Source: Burkholderiales bacterium (GTDB lineage Bacteria > Pseudomonadota > Gammaproteobacteria > Burkholderiales > SHXO01). From it: a stretch of DNA of 64,000 bases. Position numbers and translations under genes: made by a program. A model generated the notes under the pieces. The model saw nothing but the letters and a program-made list of their open reading frames with translations, was not told the DNA's origin and made no database searches. The DNA lies in NCBI GenBank assembly GCA_035499005.1, contig DATJZQ010000013.1, positions 12,504 to 76,503 of the forward strand, written 5' to 3'. Positions 60,203 through 64,000 of the stretch are shown here, one piece after another (position 1 is the stretch's first letter; each line of letters opens with the position of its first letter).

Positions 60203-61201
60203 TCAGCGCCCCGCGTCGGCGCGCGGTTGACGCGTCTTATCGAGCACGCTCATCGCCGAGGCCACCAGGCCGGCGACATCGGACAGGTTGCTCGGAATGA
60301 TCAGGGTATTGTTGGTTTTGGCCAGATTGCCGAAGGCGCCGATGTAGAGCTCCGCGACCTTGAGGTTCGCCGCCGACATGCCGCCGTCCTTGCCGATCGC
60401 TTCGGCAACCATCTGAATCCCCGCTGCGGTGGCTTCAGCGACCAGCCGGATGGCGCTCGCTTCTCCCTGCGCTTTGTTGATGGCCGCCTGCTTCTCCCCC
60501 TCGGACTGCAGGATGTCGGACTGCTTCGAGCCCTCTGCCAGATTGATCTCCTTCTGCTTCTCCCCCTCCGAGGTGGCGATCACCGCGCGCTTCTCGCGTT
60601 CGGCCGTGATCTGCGCCTGCATGGCGCGCAGAATGGCATCGGGCGGCGTGAGGTTCTTGATCTCGTAGCGCAGCACTTTCACGCCCCACGAGCGACCGGC
60701 TTCGTCGAGCGCCGCCACGATCTGCTTGTTGATCTCGTCGCGGCTCTCGAGCGTGCGGTCGAGCTCCATCTTCCCGATCTCGGAGCGCAATGTCGTCTGC
60801 GACAGCTGGGTGATGGCGGTGACGTAGTCAGAGGTGCCATAGCTCGCGAGGCGCGGGTCTGTGACTTGGAAGTAGAGGATGCCGTCCACGCCGAGCTGAG
60901 TATTGTCTCGCGTGATGCAGACCTGCTCCGGAACATCCATCGGCACTTCTTTGAGCGAATGCCGGTACGCGACGCGGTCGATGAAGGGCACGATGATGTT
61001 GAGCCCCGGCTCCAGCGTGGCGTGATAGCGGCCCCAGCGCTCCACCACCCAGGCGCTCTGCTGCGGCACGACGCGCACGCCTTCGATCACGAACACCGCC
61101 GCCAGCGCGATGATGAAAAATGGAATGGCATACGCGTGAGTGGGCGGAAAGGCCCAGATCAGCGCGGCCAGAATGATCACGGCGATGACTTTCGGCAGCA
61201 T
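60203..61201 (-). CDS. SPFH/band-7 (stomatin/paraslipin-like) membrane protein
   Basis: Trimmed to MLPKVIAVIIL (ATG at 61201, AAGGAGG upstream). SPFH core plus a Glu/Lys/Ala-rich coiled tail. Confidence 0.85.
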   Translation of the reverse strand: MLPKVIAVIILAALIWAFPPTHAYAIPFFIIALAAVFVIEGVRVVPQQSAWVVERWGRYHATLEPGLNIIVPFIDRVAYRHSLKEVPMDVPEQVCITRDNTQLGVDGILYFQVTDPRLASYGTSDYVTAITQLSQTTLRSEIGKMELDRTLESRDEINKQIVAALDEAGRSWGVKVLRYEIKNLTPPDAILRAMQAQITAEREKRAVIATSEGEKQKEINLAEGSKQSDILQSEGEKQAAINKAQGEASAIRLVAEATAAGIQMVAEAIGKDGGMSAANLKVAELYIGAFGNLAKTNNTLIIPSNLSDVAGLVASAMSVLDKTRQPRADAGR

Positions 61202-61259
61202 CGAGACCTCCTTGGCAGGACGGACGGGCACCGCGTGCGGCTCGGCTTGCGCCGGCGCC

Positions 61260-61685
61260 TTAGGCAGGCCGGATCTTGGCGACTTCGAGGGTGTTGCCAT
61301 CGACCGCGCTGATGTAGAGCATTTCGCCGGGCTCGCCCGCGCATTCGCCCACCACGCGCGCATCCCACGAGGCGCCGCGGTAGCGCACGCGCGCAAGACG
61401 GTCCGGCTGATTGAGCCAGGACTCCCAGGCGACGGGCTGCCCGACGTCGGGCGAAGGCATTGGCTTCGGTTCCATCGATTTCCGGCGCTGATGGATCCAG
61501 ATTACGCCAGCCACCGCGAGCAGTGACGAGACGAGCGCCTGACCCCAAAACCCAAGCCCGAGGAAAGCGACCACGGCGCCCGCCAGCGCCGCAATCCCGA
61601 GCACCAACAGGTAGAACGTCCCGGTGACCAGCTCCGCGATCGCCAGAGCCAGCCCGGCGGCAGCCCAGAGAATGTAGTCGGCCAT
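61260..61685 (-). CDS. NfeD-family membrane protein
   Basis: 141 aa. Two or three N-terminal TM helices and a C-terminal OB-like domain (VRYRGASWDARV). Classic partner immediately upstream of an SPFH gene. Confidence 0.8.
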   Translation of the reverse strand: MADYILWAAAGLALAIAELVTGTFYLLVLGIAALAGAVVAFLGLGFWGQALVSSLLAVAGVIWIHQRRKSMEPKPMPSPDVGQPVAWESWLNQPDRLARVRYRGASWDARVVGECAGEPGEMLYISAVDGNTLEVAKIRPA

Positions 61686-61749
61686 CAGCGGCAGATGTTA
61701 CCCCAAAAAATTCCAGCCGAATGAACCGCTTCGACCGAGACAAAACACC

Positions 61750-61777
61750 TTGAACCGCGCTGCAAAATCAGTACAAT
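61750..61777 (+). promoter_or_regulatory. Candidate sigma-70 promoter for the homospermidine synthase gene
   Basis: TTGAAC (61750-61755), 16-nt spacer, TACAAT (61772-61777), about 85 nt upstream of ATG 61863. Confidence 0.4.
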
Positions 61778-61862
61778 GCCGCCCTCGCGCAGAAGCCGCC
61801 GGCGGGAAACTGCGAGGCGCGCCTGCTATCTGCAACCGCTGTTTGGCGCTCGGTAGAGAAAA

Positions 61863-63281
61863 ATGGCTGAACACAAGAAGTACGTCACCTTCGACGGCAA
61901 GATCCTGATACTGGGTTTCGGGGCAGTGGGGCAAGGGACGCTGCCGTTAATGCTGCGTCATATCGACATGCCCCGAGATAAGTTGACCATTATCACGGCC
62001 GAGGACTGGGGCCGCGAGATCGCCGAGGAGTACGGAATCGCCTTCCGCGTCGAGCCGCTGACCCGGGACAACTACGTCGGCATCCTGGATCGCGAGCTCA
62101 AGGCGGGCGATTTTCTGTTCAACGCCTCGTTCGACGTCTCCAGCCTCGCTCTGATCGAGTATTGCAGCCAGCGCGGCATCATGTATCTCGACGCCTGCAT
62201 CGAGCCCTGGGCAGGTGGTCACCGCGATACGTCGATTCCCGCTGCGCGCCGCACCAACTACGCGTTCCGCGAGGCCGCGCTCGCCATGCGCGCGAAGTAC
62301 GCAGGCGGCCCGGCTGTCGTGCTCATGCACGGCGCCAACCCGGGCCTGGTCTCGCACTTCGTCAAGCAGGCGCTGCTCAACGTGGCCAGGGACACTGGCC
62401 GCGGCGCGGGTGTCCCCGCCAGCAAGGAAGGCTGGGCCCGCCTGGCGAAGGATCTGGGTGTCAAGATCATCCAGATCGCGGAGCGCGATCGGCAGGTGGG
62501 AAGCGCCCGCAAGGCGTGGGGTGAGTTCGTCAACACCTGGTCGAGCGGCGCCTTCGTGGGCGAATCGCTGCAGCCGGCCGAGCTCGGCTGGGGCACGCAT
62601 GAGAAGCATTGGCCACGCGAGGGCATGGAGTTCGGCTTCGGCTGCGGCTCCTCGATCTACCTCAACCGCCCGGGCTGCAGCACCCGCGTGCGCTCGTGGG
62701 TGCCGAAGGAAGGAGCGTTCCACGGCTGGCTCATCTCGCATGGCGAGTCGCACTCCATCCCCGACTACTTCACCGTGCGGGAGAACGGGCGTGTAACGTA
62801 CCGGCCCACCTGCTACTACGCCTATCATCCATGCGACGACGCCGTGCTGAGCCTGCACGAGATGGTCGGCCACAACTACACCATGCAGGAGCGCACACGC
62901 CTGCTGCGCGACGATATCGCGGACGGGTTCGACGAGCTCGGCGTGCTGTTGATGGGCCACGCGCGCGGCGCGTATTGGTACGGCTCGCAGCTCACGATCC
63001 ACCAGGCACGCGAGCTGTGCCCGCACAACAACGCGACCAGCCTGCAGGTGAATGCGCCCGCGCTTGGCGCCGTGATCTGGGCCATGCGCAATCCCACCGC
63101 GGGAATCGTCGAGCCGGATGACATCGATTTCCGCACCGTGCTCGAGGTGGCCATGCCCTACCTCGGCCCGGTGGTCGGCGTGTACAGCGACTGGACGCCG
63201 CTCACCGAACGCGGCAAGCTGTATCCGGAAGACGTCGACGGGGACGACCCATGGCAGTTCAAGAATTTCCGGGTGGTGTGA
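61863..63281 (+). CDS. hss: Homospermidine synthase (bacterial Hss, saccharopine dehydrogenase-like fold)
   Basis: 472 aa, collinear with my recollection of bacterial Hss: ILILGFGAVGQGTLPLMLRH, TRDNY, HGANPGLVSHFVKQALLN. Confidence 0.8.
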   Translation: MAEHKKYVTFDGKILILGFGAVGQGTLPLMLRHIDMPRDKLTIITAEDWGREIAEEYGIAFRVEPLTRDNYVGILDRELKAGDFLFNASFDVSSLALIEYCSQRGIMYLDACIEPWAGGHRDTSIPAARRTNYAFREAALAMRAKYAGGPAVVLMHGANPGLVSHFVKQALLNVARDTGRGAGVPASKEGWARLAKDLGVKIIQIAERDRQVGSARKAWGEFVNTWSSGAFVGESLQPAELGWGTHEKHWPREGMEFGFGCGSSIYLNRPGCSTRVRSWVPKEGAFHGWLISHGESHSIPDYFTVRENGRVTYRPTCYYAYHPCDDAVLSLHEMVGHNYTMQERTRLLRDDIADGFDELGVLLMGHARGAYWYGSQLTIHQARELCPHNNATSLQVNAPALGAVIWAMRNPTAGIVEPDDIDFRTVLEVAMPYLGPVVGVYSDWTPLTERGKLYPEDVDGDDPWQFKNFRVV

Positions 63282-63315
63282 GGCTCTCGCACCAGAGCAT
63301 CAGAGGAGCGCGGTC

Positions 63316-64000
63316 GTGACCCCGCTGTTGAAGGCGATCATGCGGCATCTCGGTGCGCGCACGCGGATCCGCTTTCGCGTCACTTACACCGACGGCTCTT
63401 CGTTCCAGAACCTTCCCGGTGAGCCGCTCGTGCATTTCCGGTTCAAGACGGCGGGCGCCCAATGGAACGCCATCTTCTTCGGGCACATCGGCATACTCGA
63501 GTCGTACTTCGATCAGACGCTGGACATCGATGGCGATTTCGGGCGCGCCTTCGCGGCTGGACTCGAGAGCGGCGTCAGCCACAAGCCCGGGCCGCTGGTC
63601 TGGCTGCGCAACCAGTGGCACGAGGTGCGCCTCGGCAACCGCTCGATAGCGCAGGCCAAGGCCAATGCGCGCTTTCACTACGCGCTGGGCGCGGACTTTT
63701 ACGGCTACTGGCTGGACAATCCGCTGATGATGTATACCTGCGCGTACTGGAAACCAGGCACGCGCACCGTCGAGGAAGCACAGCGCAACAAGATCGACCA
63801 CGTGTGCAGCAAGATCCGGCTCAAGCCGGGCGAGAGCGTGGTGGACATCGGCTGCGGCTTCGGCGGCTTCATGTTCCGGGCCGCGGAGCGTCATCAGGTT
63901 CGCGTGTGCGGTGTGAACACCACCACCGAGCAGGTGGAATGGTTGCGCGGCGAGATCCAGCAGCGGGGATTGAGCGAGCGGCTCGAGGCGCGCGAAGCCG
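63316..64000 (+). CDS. Cyclopropane-fatty-acyl-phospholipid synthase-like SAM-dependent methyltransferase (partial, open at window end)
   Basis: Absent from the track because no stop lies inside the window. GTG 63316 is preceded by AGAGGAG. Hand translation gives ...NARFHYALGADFYGYWLDNPLMMYTCAYW...QRNKIDHVCSKIRLKPGESVVDIGCGFGGF, i.e. CMAS-family motifs. Confidence 0.75.
   Translation, partial: MTPLLKAIMRHLGARTRIRFRVTYTDGSSFQNLPGEPLVHFRFKTAGAQWNAIFFGHIGILESYFDQTLDIDGDFGRAFAAGLESGVSHKPGPLVWLRNQWHEVRLGNRSIAQAKANARFHYALGADFYGYWLDNPLMMYTCAYWKPGTRTVEEAQRNKIDHVCSKIRLKPGESVVDIGCGFGGFMFRAAERHQVRVCGVNTTTEQVEWLRGEIQQRGLSERLEAREA

Noticed and set aside
60203-61685. NfeD-SPFH pair as a candidate novel or defence-type system.
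   Set aside because: This two-gene membrane module is ubiquitous and well described as a pair. Nothing in its sequence or context here is unusual.

Overview
High-GC (roughly 65%) chromosomal segment. Gene content and order suggest a Betaproteobacterium (inference only): lgt, hslVU, dapF-DUF484-xerC, metK-[SAH riboswitch]-ahcY-metF, ubiA/ubiD, aroE-mtgA, mpl. No database search was run; all family calls rest on motifs I recognise in the translations. I call about 60 tightly packed CDS with many ATGA/GTGA/TGATG start-stop overlaps, one tRNA-Ala(CGC), one SAH riboswitch, and two copies of a ~150 bp MITE-like inverted-repeat element. I found no rRNA, CRISPR array, transposase or prophage. Many long ORFs in the supplied track are antisense shadow ORFs or carry false N-terminal extensions through the upstream gene; I trimmed these. 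The most interesting feature is a six-gene operon for a membrane complex resembling group-4 hydrogenases (hyf/hyc-like; 13117-20261, minus strand). Its large subunit has lost all four Ni-Fe cysteine ligands and the C-terminal maturation peptide. The operon also lacks any NuoI/HycF- or HycB-type ferredoxin subunit. This makes it an Ehr-type (energy-converting hydrogenase-related) complex of unknown function. It overlaps recG upstream and lies next to ubiquinone biosynthesis genes downstream. Other items worth a second look:
- An in-frame fusion of a Cro/YdaS-like HTH to a class-V aminotransferase, with operator-like half-sites upstream.
- A hyper-acidic 122-aa protein next to the tRNA.
- A 514-aa orphan protein with a C-terminal PilZ-like motif pair.
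- A chimeric ORF joining a porin-like signal peptide and coiled coil to the C-terminal part of a ZnuB-like permease.
- A DhlA-like haloalkane dehalogenase abutting one of the repeat elements.
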